Below are positions 18,786 to 28,895 of a stretch of DNA of 64,000 bases, in pieces. Below the pieces are notes generated by a model. That model was given only the letters and a program-made list of their open reading frames with translations. It did no database searches and was not told the DNA's origin. The translations under genes were made by a program, and so were the position numbers. Numbering within the stretch: position 1 is the first letter of the stretch; each line of letters opens with the position of its first letter. The stretch comes from an uncultured Candidatus Saccharibacteria bacterium (GTDB taxonomy: Bacteria; Patescibacteriota; Minisyncoccia; Phycocordibacterales; PALSA-1337), in contig CAZLCD010000001.1 in NCBI GenBank assembly GCA_964558375.1, positions 131,406 through 195,405 on the forward strand. Direction: 5' to 3'.

Positions 18786-20142
18786 TTTTGTGATAGTTTC
18801 TATCCTAATATTAACCATCTCCCTCCGCTTATACTTCGCTCTCAATAATAACCATCGAGACGTCTTGGTTGAAAAATACTCGGGTAAAGTTTCTGAAGTT
18901 ACGGGTATTATTATCGATGAGCCCCTAACAAAAGATTTTACCAAGACCTTCACCGTAAAAACTGAAAGTATTATTGGCAATGATATCAATAACGATAGTG
19001 TAAATATAAATATCCGCGTTCAAACCGAAAGGTACTTGGATTATGAATATGGTCAGAAAATTCTTTTGAAAGGGAGGCTGTCGGCACCATTTAATTTTAA
19101 AAGTAATGGCGGCAGGACCTTTGATTATATCAATTTTCTTTTGAAAGACGGTATTTATTTTGAAATGAAAAAGCCCAGCATAGAAATTTTGGAAAGCGAG
19201 ACAGGAAGCATAGTTTCAAGAAATTTATTTAAAGTTAAACAAAAGTTTTTGAGAAATATAAAAAGAGTTTTGGGAGAACCACATGCTGCCTTGGCTGGAG
19301 GTCTTGTGGTGGGGGAGAAAAGTGCTTTGGGCAAAGATCTGCTTGAGGATTTTAGGTTGGTCGGACTCATACATATCATAGTTCTTTCTGGTTACAATAT
19401 AACCATCATTGCCGATTCTATAATGAAAATATTGTCTTTCTTACCCAGAACACTCGGTATTGTTACTGGAGGTTTTGGAATTGTAGCTTTCGGCATTCTT
19501 GTTGGTGGGGGAGCAACTGTTGTGCGCTCTTGCATCATGGCGGTGATCGCTCTATCAGGATCTCTCTTCCGTAAAGATTACAATGCGGGCAAAGCACTTT
19601 TTGTGGCTGGAGCTTTGATGTTAATCCAAAACCCTCTTATCCTTCTTTACGATCCTTCATTTCAACTTTCATTTCTAGCAACTATGGGACTTATTTTACT
19701 ATCTTCACCCATTGAAAATAAATTGAAATTCATCACAGAGAGGCTAGGCATGCGCTCTCTCATAGCCTCTACCTTTGCTACACAGATTTTTGTTTCGCCA
19801 TTTATTTTGCATATGATGGGACAACTTTCTTTGATAGGGGTGATCGTAAATATTTTGGTTTTACCGATTATCCCTCTAACCATGCTTTTTGTGGCACTGA
19901 CTGGTTTTGCTGGTTTTATTTCAAATACCCTGGCTTATATACCAGGGTATCTTTCTCATTTTCTATTGTCCTATGAACTTATGATTGTTAACCTTTTTGC
20001 AAAGGTGCCTTTTGCCTCGATCAATTTACCAAAGTTTTCTTTTTGGTTGGTAGTGGCCTTCTATGCTAGCTATTTTGTAGCTTCGATAAAGTTACCTTCA
20101 ACTTTCTCCCAATTCAAATTTAAAAAGAAATCTTCTACATAA
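18760..20142 (+). CDS. comEC: ComEC/Rec2 (DUF4131/OB plus competence domain, no MBL domain)
   Basis: GLIHIIVLSGYNI, VVRS.IM, NP..L.DPSFQLSFLAT.GL. Confidence 0.92.
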   Translation: MSNQNSKFNFVIVSILILTISLRLYFALNNNHRDVLVEKYSGKVSEVTGIIIDEPLTKDFTKTFTVKTESIIGNDINNDSVNINIRVQTERYLDYEYGQKILLKGRLSAPFNFKSNGGRTFDYINFLLKDGIYFEMKKPSIEILESETGSIVSRNLFKVKQKFLRNIKRVLGEPHAALAGGLVVGEKSALGKDLLEDFRLVGLIHIIVLSGYNITIIADSIMKILSFLPRTLGIVTGGFGIVAFGILVGGGATVVRSCIMAVIALSGSLFRKDYNAGKALFVAGALMLIQNPLILLYDPSFQLSFLATMGLILLSSPIENKLKFITERLGMRSLIASTFATQIFVSPFILHMMGQLSLIGVIVNILVLPIIPLTMLFVALTGFAGFISNTLAYIPGYLSHFLLSYELMIVNLFAKVPFASINLPKFSFWLVVAFYASYFVASIKLPSTFSQFKFKKKSST

Positions 20143-20621
20143 TTTTTCTTACCAGATGGGGCATAGTCTGCAACATATGAATGCTCCCACATATCAAGAG
20201 CAAGGATGATGGGGCAATTTTGTAGATGATTGATATGTTGCTCCTCAACCCAATTATTTATAAGGCATTTGTTTTCTCTGTCATAATAAAGCATAGCCCA
20301 ACCTATACCGCGAGTAAGAGCAATAGCTTTGAAGCTCACAAGCCATGCATCGAATGAATTGAAATCAGTCTCTATTTGTTTCTTGAGCAGGCTATTTTCA
20401 GAAAGAGCTTTCATGCCACCTTCCAGACTAGTGAAATATATTTCATGATTCCTCATGCCATTGTATTCGAAACCAAGTCTGCGAATATCTTGTTTTCCTT
20501 CCAGAGTTTCATTTAAATTCTTCACATAACCAGCATAAAGCTTCAAATGCTCCTCTATGGTTTTGCTCGAAATTCCTTTCAATGTCCCAATATTAAATTT
20601 TTTCTCGGTAAATGTTTTCAT
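20070..20621 (-). CDS. sod: Fe/Mn superoxide dismutase
   Basis: EEHLKLYAGYV.N, HEIYF, G.GW, DMWEHSY. Confidence 0.9.
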   Translation of the reverse strand: MKTFTEKKFNIGTLKGISSKTIEEHLKLYAGYVKNLNETLEGKQDIRRLGFEYNGMRNHEIYFTSLEGGMKALSENSLLKKQIETDFNSFDAWLVSFKAIALTRGIGWAMLYYDRENKCLINNWVEEQHINHLQNCPIILALDMWEHSYVADYAPSGKKNYVEDFFLNLNWEKVEGNFIEATK

Positions 20622-20639
20622 ATGATAACATTCTATCAC

Positions 20640-21410
20640 ATGAAAAAAATTAAAGGCATTAAAATATGGGTGTTCATACTTTTTACACTAGGGATTATCT
20701 CCTTAGGTCTCTATATTTATGCTTGGGAATATCGAAAGCCTCTACTCGAGGTGGATTTCTTTAGCTTAAATAAGGGTAGGGCGATTTTTGTTCGTACGCC
20801 TATGAATAAGACTATTTTAATAGGTGGAGGACAGAATTCTGAAACTATAAGGGAAATCACAAAGCAAATGCCTTTTTATTCAAAAAAGATTGACACCGTG
20901 ATTATTCCTAGCGCTACAGCCGCTCAGATCGGCGGGTTAATAGAGATTGTAGACAGATATGAGATTGAGGAGATTTTAATACCAAAGACGCTATCAACAA
21001 GCACAGTTCTGACTCAATTAATGAAAGAGGTGAGAAAAAATAAAATCCATGTGGAGGAAGTAGAAAGGGGAGACACTATAGAAATTGAAAATGATTTAAG
21101 TTTTGAAATTCTATTTCCTTATGAAGAATTTAAATTTAATAAAACAAGTCTACCTGAACTTGGCTTAGCTATTTTATACAAGGATACCGGCGCATATCTC
21201 ATGGGGAATTTATCAAAGACAATTCAAAAAGATATTGCGCAAAACTTGTCTGTAACCACCAAAAACATTCTAGAATATTATCATAGCGCTACAGATACGA
21301 AGGTCTCTCCAGACCTTGTAGAGAAGCTAGACCCAAAATTTACTTTTTCAACAAAAGAAAAATCCATAAAATGGATTTCTGAGGGGGTAGAATGGATTAA
21401 GGGGAAATAA
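20640..21410 (+). CDS. ComEC C-terminal MBL-fold domain protein with degenerate metal motifs
   Basis: TM anchor then VDFFSLNKGRAIFVRTP..KTILIGGG, PFYSKKID.VI.PSATAAQIGGL; follows the ComEC MBL pattern without His/Asp ligands. Confidence 0.75.
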   Translation: MKKIKGIKIWVFILFTLGIISLGLYIYAWEYRKPLLEVDFFSLNKGRAIFVRTPMNKTILIGGGQNSETIREITKQMPFYSKKIDTVIIPSATAAQIGGLIEIVDRYEIEEILIPKTLSTSTVLTQLMKEVRKNKIHVEEVERGDTIEIENDLSFEILFPYEEFKFNKTSLPELGLAILYKDTGAYLMGNLSKTIQKDIAQNLSVTTKNILEYYHSATDTKVSPDLVEKLDPKFTFSTKEKSIKWISEGVEWIKGK

Positions 21411-21432
21411 AAACTACTATTAGAACTAAGAA

Positions 21433-21675
21433 TTAAATAATCCCTGCTTTCTTGAGAGTTGCAAAAGCACCACGCTTCTTGATAGTTCGAAGAGCCTTAG
21501 TTGAGATAGTAAGGTTGAAAGACTTTTTGAGTTCAGGAACATAGATCTTCTTTTTTTGAAGATTTGGATACTTGCGTACCATTCCTGTAGGGTTAAACTG
21601 AGTAGCACGAGTGGCGTTTGAATATCCGCCTGCTACCATTGAACCTTTCTTTGTAATATCACAAACTTTAGCCAT
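21433..21675 (-). CDS. rpmB: 50S ribosomal protein L28
   Basis: MAKVCDITKK...RKYPNLQ...ISTKALRT. Confidence 0.93.
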   Translation of the reverse strand: MAKVCDITKKGSMVAGGYSNATRATQFNPTGMVRKYPNLQKKKIYVPELKKSFNLTISTKALRTIKKRGAFATLKKAGII

Positions 21676-21726
21676 AGTGTTGATTATGCTATCATAAGTC
21701 TTATATTTAGCAAGTAATATTACAAT

Positions 21727-22332
21727 ATGGACCCATTAACTTTCACCGTTTCTGTTATTATATTGGTCATGTCTGTTGTTCTACATGAGCTTGCTCATGG
21801 CTATACAGCAGAGCTTCTTGGCGACCCTACTCCACGTTTACAAGGTCGACTTACTCTAAATCCACTCAAACATTTAGAATTATTTGGTTCTCTGATAGTG
21901 CCCCTCATTACTTCTATGACTGGCTTCATTTTTGGTTGGGCAAAGCCTGTGCAGTGGAATCCTTATAATGTAAAAAATAAAAGATGGGGAGAGCTTATCA
22001 TATCTATCGCTGGACCAGCTTCAAATATTTTTATTGCTATAGTTTTTGGATTGGTGATTAGGTTTTTTGGTGAAAGTTTCTCTACAGCTTTCTTGCAAAT
22101 CTCAACTTATGTCATCTTGATCAATGTTGTCTTGGCAGTATTTAATCTTGTACCGATACCACCACTTGATGGCTCAAAGGTCTTATTTTCTCTATTACCA
22201 CCTCATCTGGGGTATGTAAGAGAGTTTATCGAAAAGTATTCGATATTTCTTTTCCTCTTCCTGATTCTCTTCCTCTGGAGATTCATAGAACCTATAGTGC
22301 CATTTATTTTTAAAACTATTTTAGGGGTTTAA
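21727..22332 (+). CDS. Site-2 protease, peptidase M50
   Basis: HELAH, AGPASN, FNLVPIPPLDG. Confidence 0.93.
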   Translation: MDPLTFTVSVIILVMSVVLHELAHGYTAELLGDPTPRLQGRLTLNPLKHLELFGSLIVPLITSMTGFIFGWAKPVQWNPYNVKNKRWGELIISIAGPASNIFIAIVFGLVIRFFGESFSTAFLQISTYVILINVVLAVFNLVPIPPLDGSKVLFSLLPPHLGYVREFIEKYSIFLFLFLILFLWRFIEPIVPFIFKTILGV

Positions 22333-22334
22333 AT

Positions 22335-22424
22335 TTGCCTTTTCTGCTCAATATGATAGAGTACTTTCACGTTGTAAAACGAAAAGGGGTGAGTAACCGC
22401 TAGGTGAAAACAATCAACCCTTTT
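22335..22424 (+). promoter_or_regulatory. str operon promoter and structured 5' leader
   Basis: TTGCCT-16-TAGAGT; stem aaaaggggtga/tcaaccctttt enclosing acc-gcta-ggt. Confidence 0.5.
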
Positions 22425-22481
22425 GTAAAAATAAGTAATTATTAAATATTAGTCGAGTTAATTAAATAAGTTAAATAAATA

Positions 22482-22901
22482 ATGCCAACAATCAATCAGC
22501 TTATACGCAAAAACCGTGTGCGATTTATCAAAAAGACAAAGTCTATAGCATTGACTAGAAGTTTCAATACTATTAAGAACCGTCCGAACTTTTTCCCATC
22601 TCCATTTAAAAGAGGAGTATGTATAAAGGTTACAACAAAGACTCCAAAGAAACCAAACTCAGCTATACGAAAGATCGCCCGAGTAAGACTTTCAAATGGT
22701 CTAGAAGTAACAGCCTATATTCCAGGAGAAGGACACAATCTTCAAGAACACTCAGTGGTTCTCTTGAGAGGAGGTCGCGTAAAGGACGTTGGACTTCGAT
22801 ATACAGTAGTACGAGGTGTGCTCGATGCAGCTGGAGTAGAGAAGCGCCGAAAGGGTCGAAGTCAATACGGAAACAAGAAGCCAAAGGCAGCCAAGGCTTA
22901 A
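22482..22901 (+). CDS. rpsL: 30S ribosomal protein S12
   Basis: [29 protein letters not shown]. Confidence 0.98.
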   Translation: MPTINQLIRKNRVRFIKKTKSIALTRSFNTIKNRPNFFPSPFKRGVCIKVTTKTPKKPNSAIRKIARVRLSNGLEVTAYIPGEGHNLQEHSVVLLRGGRVKDVGLRYTVVRGVLDAAGVEKRRKGRSQYGNKKPKAAKA

Positions 22902-22948
22902 GCTTAGTATCCAATCTTACATTAACCAACAATTTTAATTAAAATACT

Positions 22949-23419
22949 ATGAGAAGAAGAATAAAGAATAAGCATATACTTAAGCCAGAATCTGTCTATG
23001 AAAGCGTCAAAGTTTCAAAGCTTATAAACTATGTCATGGACTCAGGCAAAAAGGCTACAGCTCGCAAGGTTGTATATGATTGCTTCGAATATATAAAAGA
23101 AAAGTCAAAGACTGAAGCTCCTTTGGAAGTTTTTGAAACTGCTTTGAAGAACACTATGCCAGCTATGGAAGTGCGCTCAAGAAGAGTGGGAGGTGCAAAC
23201 TATCAAGTTCCTCGAGAAGTTCGTCCAGAAAGACAGCGCTCACTTTCTATGAAATGGATTGTGCTTGCAGCTCGCTCAAAGAAGGGAAAGCCAATGGCAG
23301 AAAAGCTTGGAGATGAGATCATCGCAGCTTCAAAGAATGAGGGAGAAGCAGTGAAGAAGCGTGAAAATACTCACAAGATGGCAGAGGCAAACAAAGCATT
23401 CGCTCACTTTGCTTGGTAG
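22949..23419 (+). CDS. rpsG: 30S ribosomal protein S7
   Basis: RSRRVGGANYQVP, MAEANKAFAH. Confidence 0.98.
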   Translation: MRRRIKNKHILKPESVYESVKVSKLINYVMDSGKKATARKVVYDCFEYIKEKSKTEAPLEVFETALKNTMPAMEVRSRRVGGANYQVPREVRPERQRSLSMKWIVLAARSKKGKPMAEKLGDEIIAASKNEGEAVKKRENTHKMAEANKAFAHFAW

Positions 23420-23480
23420 GGGTTTTTGGTATAGTTGGTTTTTATAATTTTAGTCTATATAATTTATCTATATTTAATTT

Positions 23481-25625
23481 ATGCAAAGAGATTATCCATT
23501 AGAAAAAGTTCGTAATTTCGGTATCATCGCTCACATCGACGCTGGTAAAACTACTACATCAGAACGTATTTTGTATTACACAGGTATGATCCATAAGATC
23601 GGTGAAGTACATGAAGGAGAGACAACTACAGACTGGATGGAGCAGGAAAGAGAGCGAGGTATCACTATTACTGCCGCTGCCATCACTTGTTTCTGGAACC
23701 CTTCATACATGCCAAAAACAGACGTTTCAAAAAAGGTACGCTTCAATGTTATCGACACCCCAGGACATATCGACTTTACAGTAGAGGTAAAGCGATCTTT
23801 GCGCGTGCTTGACGGTGCTGTGGTGGTATTCGATGGAGTAGCGGGTGTAGAGCCTCAATCAGAGACCAACTGGCGTTATGCAGATGAAAGCAATGTACCT
23901 AGACTTTGCTTTATAAATAAAATGGACAGAATGGGTGCTTCTTTTGAAAGATCATATGCTTCAATTCTTGAAAGATTAAATAAAAAGGCTGTAAGATTTC
24001 AGATTCCTATAGGAACAGAAGGGGATCACAATGGAGTTATCGATCTTCTTAAAATGAAAGCTTATTACTTTGAAGGTGAAAAGGGTATAGAAGTTATAGA
24101 AAAGGAAATTCCAGAAAACCTTCTAGCTGACGCAAAGAAATATCATGCTGAGCTTATAGAAAAAGCTGTAGAACACAATGATGTGCTTATGCAACAATAC
24201 CTAGACGGTAAAGAAATCCCAGTCGAAGTTCTAAAGACTGAGATCCGAAAACTTGTGATCGACAACAAAATCTTCCCAGTATTTACAGGTTCTGCTCTTA
24301 AGAATGTCGGAGTTCAGCTAGTACTAGACGCGGTGGTTGATTATCTACCAGCCCCTACAGATATAAAGGCAGTAAGAGGTATAGATCCAAACACAGGTGA
24401 GGAGGTTTTCCGTGGACCATCTGATGAAGAACCTTTTGCGGCACTAGCCTTCAAGCTTCAGAACGATCCATTCGTAGGACAGCTGACCTTCTTTAGAGTA
24501 TATTCTGGAACAATAGAAGCTGGAACCTATCTTTACAATGCTACAACTGGCAAGAAGGAGAGACTTGGACGTATAGTGCGCCTACAAGCTGATAAAAGAG
24601 AAGAGGTTAAGAAAGTTTTTGCTGGAGAGATCGCTGCAGCAGTAGGTCTAAAGGATGCCCTTACTTCACATACTTTCTGCGATGAAGAAAAACCAATAGT
24701 TCTAGAGACGATCAAGTTCCTAGAGCCTGTGGTTTCTCTACGTGTAGAGCCAAAGACCAAAGCTGATCAAGAGAAAATGGGTATGGCACTCAAAAAGCTT
24801 GGAAATGAAGATCCAACATTTAAGATTTCTTCAAATAGCGAAACAGGAGAAACCATCATCTCAGGTATGGGAGAATTGCACTTGGACATTATGGTTGATC
24901 GTATGAAAAGAGAATTCGGTGTAGAAACTACAGTCGGTAAGCCTCAAGTAGCATACAGAGAGACAATTATGGGTACAGCAGAAGCAGAACACAAGTACAT
25001 CAAGCAATCAGGAGGTAAGGGTCAATACGGTCACGTAAAGATCAATATCAAGCCTATGGAAAAACTTGTCGAAGGTGAGAAGATTGCAAAGAATATTAGT
25101 CGATATGATGATTTCGAATTCATCAACTCTATAAAAGGAGGAGTTATCCCTCAAGAGTTCATCCCTGCAGTAGAGAAGGGGGTTCACGAGGCTATGGATC
25201 GAGGTATTGTCGCAGGTTTCCGTATGGTAAATGTAAGTTGCGAATTAACTTTCGGTTCTTACCATGATGTAGACTCATCCGAAATCGCTTACAAGATCGC
25301 AGGATCACAAGCCTTCCAAGAAGCTGCAAAGCGTGCACGTCCAGTTATTCTAGAACCTATCATGAAGCTTGAAGTTCTTTTCCCAGACAAATTCATGGGT
25401 GATGTTACAGGAAGTATCTCTTCAAAGAGAGGAACAATCGAGGAAATGACCGAAAGAGGTCAAGCCAAAGTTCTACATGCTATGGTCCCTCTTTCAGAAA
25501 TGTTCGGATACACTACTCAGCTTCGTTCAATGACTTCAGGACAAGGTTCAGCAACAATGGAATTTGATCATTACGAAGTGGTTCCAAAGAACGTTGAGGC
25601 GTCTATTGTGGAGGCGAGGAAGTAG
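23481..25625 (+). CDS. fusA: Elongation factor G
   Basis: AHIDAGKTT, ERGITI, DTPGH, NKMD, GMGELHL. Confidence 0.98.
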   Translation: MQRDYPLEKVRNFGIIAHIDAGKTTTSERILYYTGMIHKIGEVHEGETTTDWMEQERERGITITAAAITCFWNPSYMPKTDVSKKVRFNVIDTPGHIDFTVEVKRSLRVLDGAVVVFDGVAGVEPQSETNWRYADESNVPRLCFINKMDRMGASFERSYASILERLNKKAVRFQIPIGTEGDHNGVIDLLKMKAYYFEGEKGIEVIEKEIPENLLADAKKYHAELIEKAVEHNDVLMQQYLDGKEIPVEVLKTEIRKLVIDNKIFPVFTGSALKNVGVQLVLDAVVDYLPAPTDIKAVRGIDPNTGEEVFRGPSDEEPFAALAFKLQNDPFVGQLTFFRVYSGTIEAGTYLYNATTGKKERLGRIVRLQADKREEVKKVFAGEIAAAVGLKDALTSHTFCDEEKPIVLETIKFLEPVVSLRVEPKTKADQEKMGMALKKLGNEDPTFKISSNSETGETIISGMGELHLDIMVDRMKREFGVETTVGKPQVAYRETIMGTAEAEHKYIKQSGGKGQYGHVKINIKPMEKLVEGEKIAKNISRYDDFEFINSIKGGVIPQEFIPAVEKGVHEAMDRGIVAGFRMVNVSCELTFGSYHDVDSSEIAYKIAGSQAFQEAAKRARPVILEPIMKLEVLFPDKFMGDVTGSISSKRGTIEEMTERGQAKVLHAMVPLSEMFGYTTQLRSMTSGQGSATMEFDHYEVVPKNVEASIVEARK

Positions 25626-25662
25626 ATAAAAAATTGTGACACATAATATATGATTAAAATCA

Positions 25663-25721
25663 TTGACTTCAAAACATGTGTTATGTTAGTATAGCGAGTA
25701 CGCGTTTTTGCGTTGGTACTC
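25663..25721 (+). promoter_or_regulatory. Internal tuf promoter and 5' hairpin
   Basis: TTGACT-18-TAGTAT with TG extension; gagtac/gtactc hairpin right after. Confidence 0.5.
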
Positions 25722-25755
25722 TTAATAATTATTAATTTTTTAAATATTATATTTT

Positions 25756-26946
25756 ATGGCAGCAACAGAATTTAATCGTACAAAACCACATGTGAACGTA
25801 GGTACTATCGGACACGTTGACCACGGTAAGACAACTCTTACTACTTCTATTCTTGCTGTTCAAGCAAAGGATGGTCTTGCTCAATTGAAGGCTTATGCAG
25901 ATATTGCAAAGGGAGGTACAGTTCGAGATGCTACAAAGGTGGTTACAATTTCTCTAGCTCACGTAGAATACGAGTCAAATGCAAGACACTATGCTCATAT
26001 CGATGCTCCAGGACACGCTGACTATATAAAGAACATGATCACAGGTGCTGCCCAGATGGACGGTGCTATCCTTGTGGTATCTGCTCTAGACGGTGTTATG
26101 CCACAGACAAGAGAGCATATTCTTCTTGCAAAGCAAGTCGGTGTTCCTCAAATAGTAGTTTTCTTGAACAAGTGCGATATGGTTGCGGAAGCTGATCTTC
26201 TAGATCTAGTTGAAGAAGAAGTAAGAGATCTCCTTACAAAGAATGGTTTTGACGGAAAAGGAGCGCCAGTTATAAGAGGTTCTGCTCTTAAGGCTCTTGA
26301 AGGTGATCCAGCTTGGGTAGCAAAGATCAAGGATCTTATGAACGCTCTAGATACTTATATCCCTATGCCAGTTCGTGAAGTTGATAAGCCTTTCCTTATG
26401 CCTATCGAAGACATCTTCTCTATCGAAGGTCGTGGAACTGTAGTAACAGGTCGTATTGAAAGAGGTATGATCAAGGTTGGTGAAGAAGTAGAAGTTATCG
26501 GTTTCAAAGATACTTCAAAGACAACTATCACTGGTATCGAAATGTTCAATAAGAGCCTAAAGGAAGGTATCGCTGGGGATAACGCAGGACTACTTCTAAG
26601 AGGTACTGGAAAAGACGATGTAACTCGTGGTATGGTTCTTGCTAAGACTGGTTCAGTGAAACCTCACACAGATTTCGAATCAGAAGTTTATATCCTAAAG
26701 AAAGAAGAGGGTGGACGACATACCCCATTCTTTACAGGATACAAGCCTCAGTTCTATATCAGAACAACTGACGTAACAGGAGAAGTGACTTTGGCAGAAG
26801 GAGTAGAAATGGTTATGCCAGGAGACACAGTTACTTTCAAGGTAAAGCTTGTATCACCAGTTGCTCTAGAAGATAAGATGAGATTTGCTATTCGAGAAGG
26901 AGGCAAGACTGTGGGTGCTGGAGTTGTAACAAAAATCGTTGCCTAA
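25756..26946 (+). CDS. tuf: Elongation factor Tu (atypical switch I)
   Basis: [49 protein letters not shown]. Confidence 0.98.
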   Translation: MAATEFNRTKPHVNVGTIGHVDHGKTTLTTSILAVQAKDGLAQLKAYADIAKGGTVRDATKVVTISLAHVEYESNARHYAHIDAPGHADYIKNMITGAAQMDGAILVVSALDGVMPQTREHILLAKQVGVPQIVVFLNKCDMVAEADLLDLVEEEVRDLLTKNGFDGKGAPVIRGSALKALEGDPAWVAKIKDLMNALDTYIPMPVREVDKPFLMPIEDIFSIEGRGTVVTGRIERGMIKVGEEVEVIGFKDTSKTTITGIEMFNKSLKEGIAGDNAGLLLRGTGKDDVTRGMVLAKTGSVKPHTDFESEVYILKKEEGGRHTPFFTGYKPQFYIRTTDVTGEVTLAEGVEMVMPGDTVTFKVKLVSPVALEDKMRFAIREGGKTVGAGVVTKIVA

Positions 26947-26975
26947 ATACTTTCAGACCTAATTAAATTATCAAC

Positions 26976-27350
26976 ATGGCAACAATCGCAAAAGAAAAGA
27001 GAATCTCTAAACCAAAGGTAGCTAAGGCTCCAAAAGAGGGAGAAATAGCAAAATTAAGGATTAGAGTTCGTGCATACGAATACAAAATTCTCGATGCTTC
27101 TTTGAAGCAGATTATGGATACTGCGATTCGTTACGATGTAGAGTTTTTTGGACCTATACCTCTTCCTACAGAGATAAAGAAATACACAGTCAATCGAGCT
27201 TCTTTTGTATTCAAAAACGCTCGTGAACAGTTCGAGATGCGTGTGCACAAGCGCCTTATTGATATTTTGAATCCAAATCAAAAGATTATTGAAGCCCTTA
27301 CCAATCTCAGTCTTCCATCTGGGGTCAATATAGATGTAAAAATGATGTAA
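26976..27350 (+). CDS. rpsJ: 30S ribosomal protein S10 (N-terminal extension)
   Basis: GPIPLPT, REQFEMRVHKRLIDI. Confidence 0.97.
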   Translation: MATIAKEKRISKPKVAKAPKEGEIAKLRIRVRAYEYKILDASLKQIMDTAIRYDVEFFGPIPLPTEIKKYTVNRASFVFKNAREQFEMRVHKRLIDILNPNQKIIEALTNLSLPSGVNIDVKMM

Positions 27351-27373
27351 TTGTTTAATTTAAAAATACTGAA

Positions 27374-27940
27374 ATGAAATTCACTCAAAAGTTTATACTG
27401 GGCCGAAAATTAAACATGACACAAGTCTTCGATAAAGAAGGACTAGTTCAGCCTGTTACAATGGTTGAGATTTCTCCGGTTGCTGTTACTCAAGTTAGGA
27501 CCAAAGAAAATGATGGCTATACAGCTGTGCAAGTGTCTTCAAAAAAAGGTAAACTAGAAGTAAAAAAGGAGTTTAGAATGTCTGAGGTTAATAAAAAGGT
27601 CGGTGATTCCATTGATCTAAGCCAGTTTGTAGAAGGTGACACTGTAGAAGTAAGTGCTATCTCAAAGGGTAAAGGTTTTCAGGGTGTAGTTAAGAGACAC
27701 GGCTTCGGTGGAGGTCCTAGAACACACGGTCAGAAACATTCAGAGCGTGAGCCTGGTTCTATCGGAGGAGGACTTAGAAACAAAGTTCCAAAGAAAATGC
27801 GCATGGCAGGACGTATGGGTAGTGACAGGATAACTGTAAAGAATTTGAAGGTAATCCATATTGACTCAGCTACAAACATAATGTACATTCTAGGGGCAAT
27901 ACCTGGTAAAAGAGGTACCTTAGTAGAAATTAGGGGGTAA
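27374..27940 (+). CDS. rplC: 50S ribosomal protein L3
   Basis: SKGKGFQGVVKRH, PGSIG, MAGRMG. Confidence 0.97.
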   Translation: MKFTQKFILGRKLNMTQVFDKEGLVQPVTMVEISPVAVTQVRTKENDGYTAVQVSSKKGKLEVKKEFRMSEVNKKVGDSIDLSQFVEGDTVEVSAISKGKGFQGVVKRHGFGGGPRTHGQKHSEREPGSIGGGLRNKVPKKMRMAGRMGSDRITVKNLKVIHIDSATNIMYILGAIPGKRGTLVEIRG

Positions 27941-27956
27941 TTAAATAATATATTAT

Positions 27957-28610
27957 ATGGAAGCAATAACTTACGATCAGAAAGGTAAAGAGGCAGGAAA
28001 AATTAAACTCCCAGAGTCTGTCTTTGGTGTTCCTTGGAATGCCGACCTTGTTCATCAGGTTGTTGTTTCTATGACTTCTAGTGCTAGACATTCTATTGCC
28101 AACACTAAGACGAGAGGTGAGGTGAGTGGTGGAGGTAAGAAGCCATGGCAACAGAAAGGTACTGGTAGAGCTCGACACGGTTCTACACGTTCACCAATAT
28201 GGGTTGGTGGAGGTATCGCTCATGGTCCAAGAGCAGACAAAAATTACGATAGAAAGGTCAACAAAAAGGCCAAAGCTAAAGCTCTCTACACTATTCTTTC
28301 TAAGAAGTTTCGTGATGGAGAAATACTCTTCATAGATTCTCTATCTTTTGCAAAACCAAAGACACAAGATGCAAAGTCTGCTGTTATGGCCTTTTCAAAG
28401 GTTAAGGGTTTTGAAAAATTTGCTACAAAACCAAAGAATGTTGCAATCCTTTCAATTGATAAGAAATATCCAGAGCTCGTAAAGAGTTTCAAAAATTTTG
28501 GAAATATTGAAGTCGAGGAGTTTAGAACCATAAACCCTGTTTCAGTTCTAAATCACAAATACCTGATCATTGCTAACCCTAGTCAATCACTTAAAGCTTT
28601 CAATAAATAA
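27957..28610 (+). CDS. rplD: 50S ribosomal protein L4
   Basis: GGGKKPWQQKGTGRARHGS.RSP. Confidence 0.97.
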   Translation: MEAITYDQKGKEAGKIKLPESVFGVPWNADLVHQVVVSMTSSARHSIANTKTRGEVSGGGKKPWQQKGTGRARHGSTRSPIWVGGGIAHGPRADKNYDRKVNKKAKAKALYTILSKKFRDGEILFIDSLSFAKPKTQDAKSAVMAFSKVKGFEKFATKPKNVAILSIDKKYPELVKSFKNFGNIEVEEFRTINPVSVLNHKYLIIANPSQSLKAFNK

Positions 28611-28611
28611 C

Positions 28612-28881
28612 ATGACTACTATCTTACGCCCAAGAATAACAGAAAAGTCAGGAACCATAAGCGAAAACTCGAATATCTATACTTTTGAAGTGGCTAAAAA
28701 TTCCACAAAGCACTCTATTGCAAATGAGATCAAAACACTCTACAAAGTCACTCCAACCAAGGTAGCGATCATCAATCTTCCTGCAAGAAAAGTTTTTGTT
28801 AGAGGAAAAAAGGGTACACAGTCTTCTGTAAAGAAAGCTATGGTGTATCTTAAAAAGGGGGATAAGATTGATTTTGTTTAA
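28612..28881 (+). CDS. rplW: 50S ribosomal protein L23
   Basis: P.ITEKS, YTFEV, KKAMVYL. Confidence 0.95.
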   Translation: MTTILRPRITEKSGTISENSNIYTFEVAKNSTKHSIANEIKTLYKVTPTKVAIINLPARKVFVRGKKGTQSSVKKAMVYLKKGDKIDFV

Positions 28882-28895
28882 TTAATTAAATTTTT

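Noticed and set aside
25050-25115. Insertion in EF-G domain IV as a second palindromic element
   Set aside because: No inverted repeats at the DNA level; looks like an ordinary lineage-specific loop.
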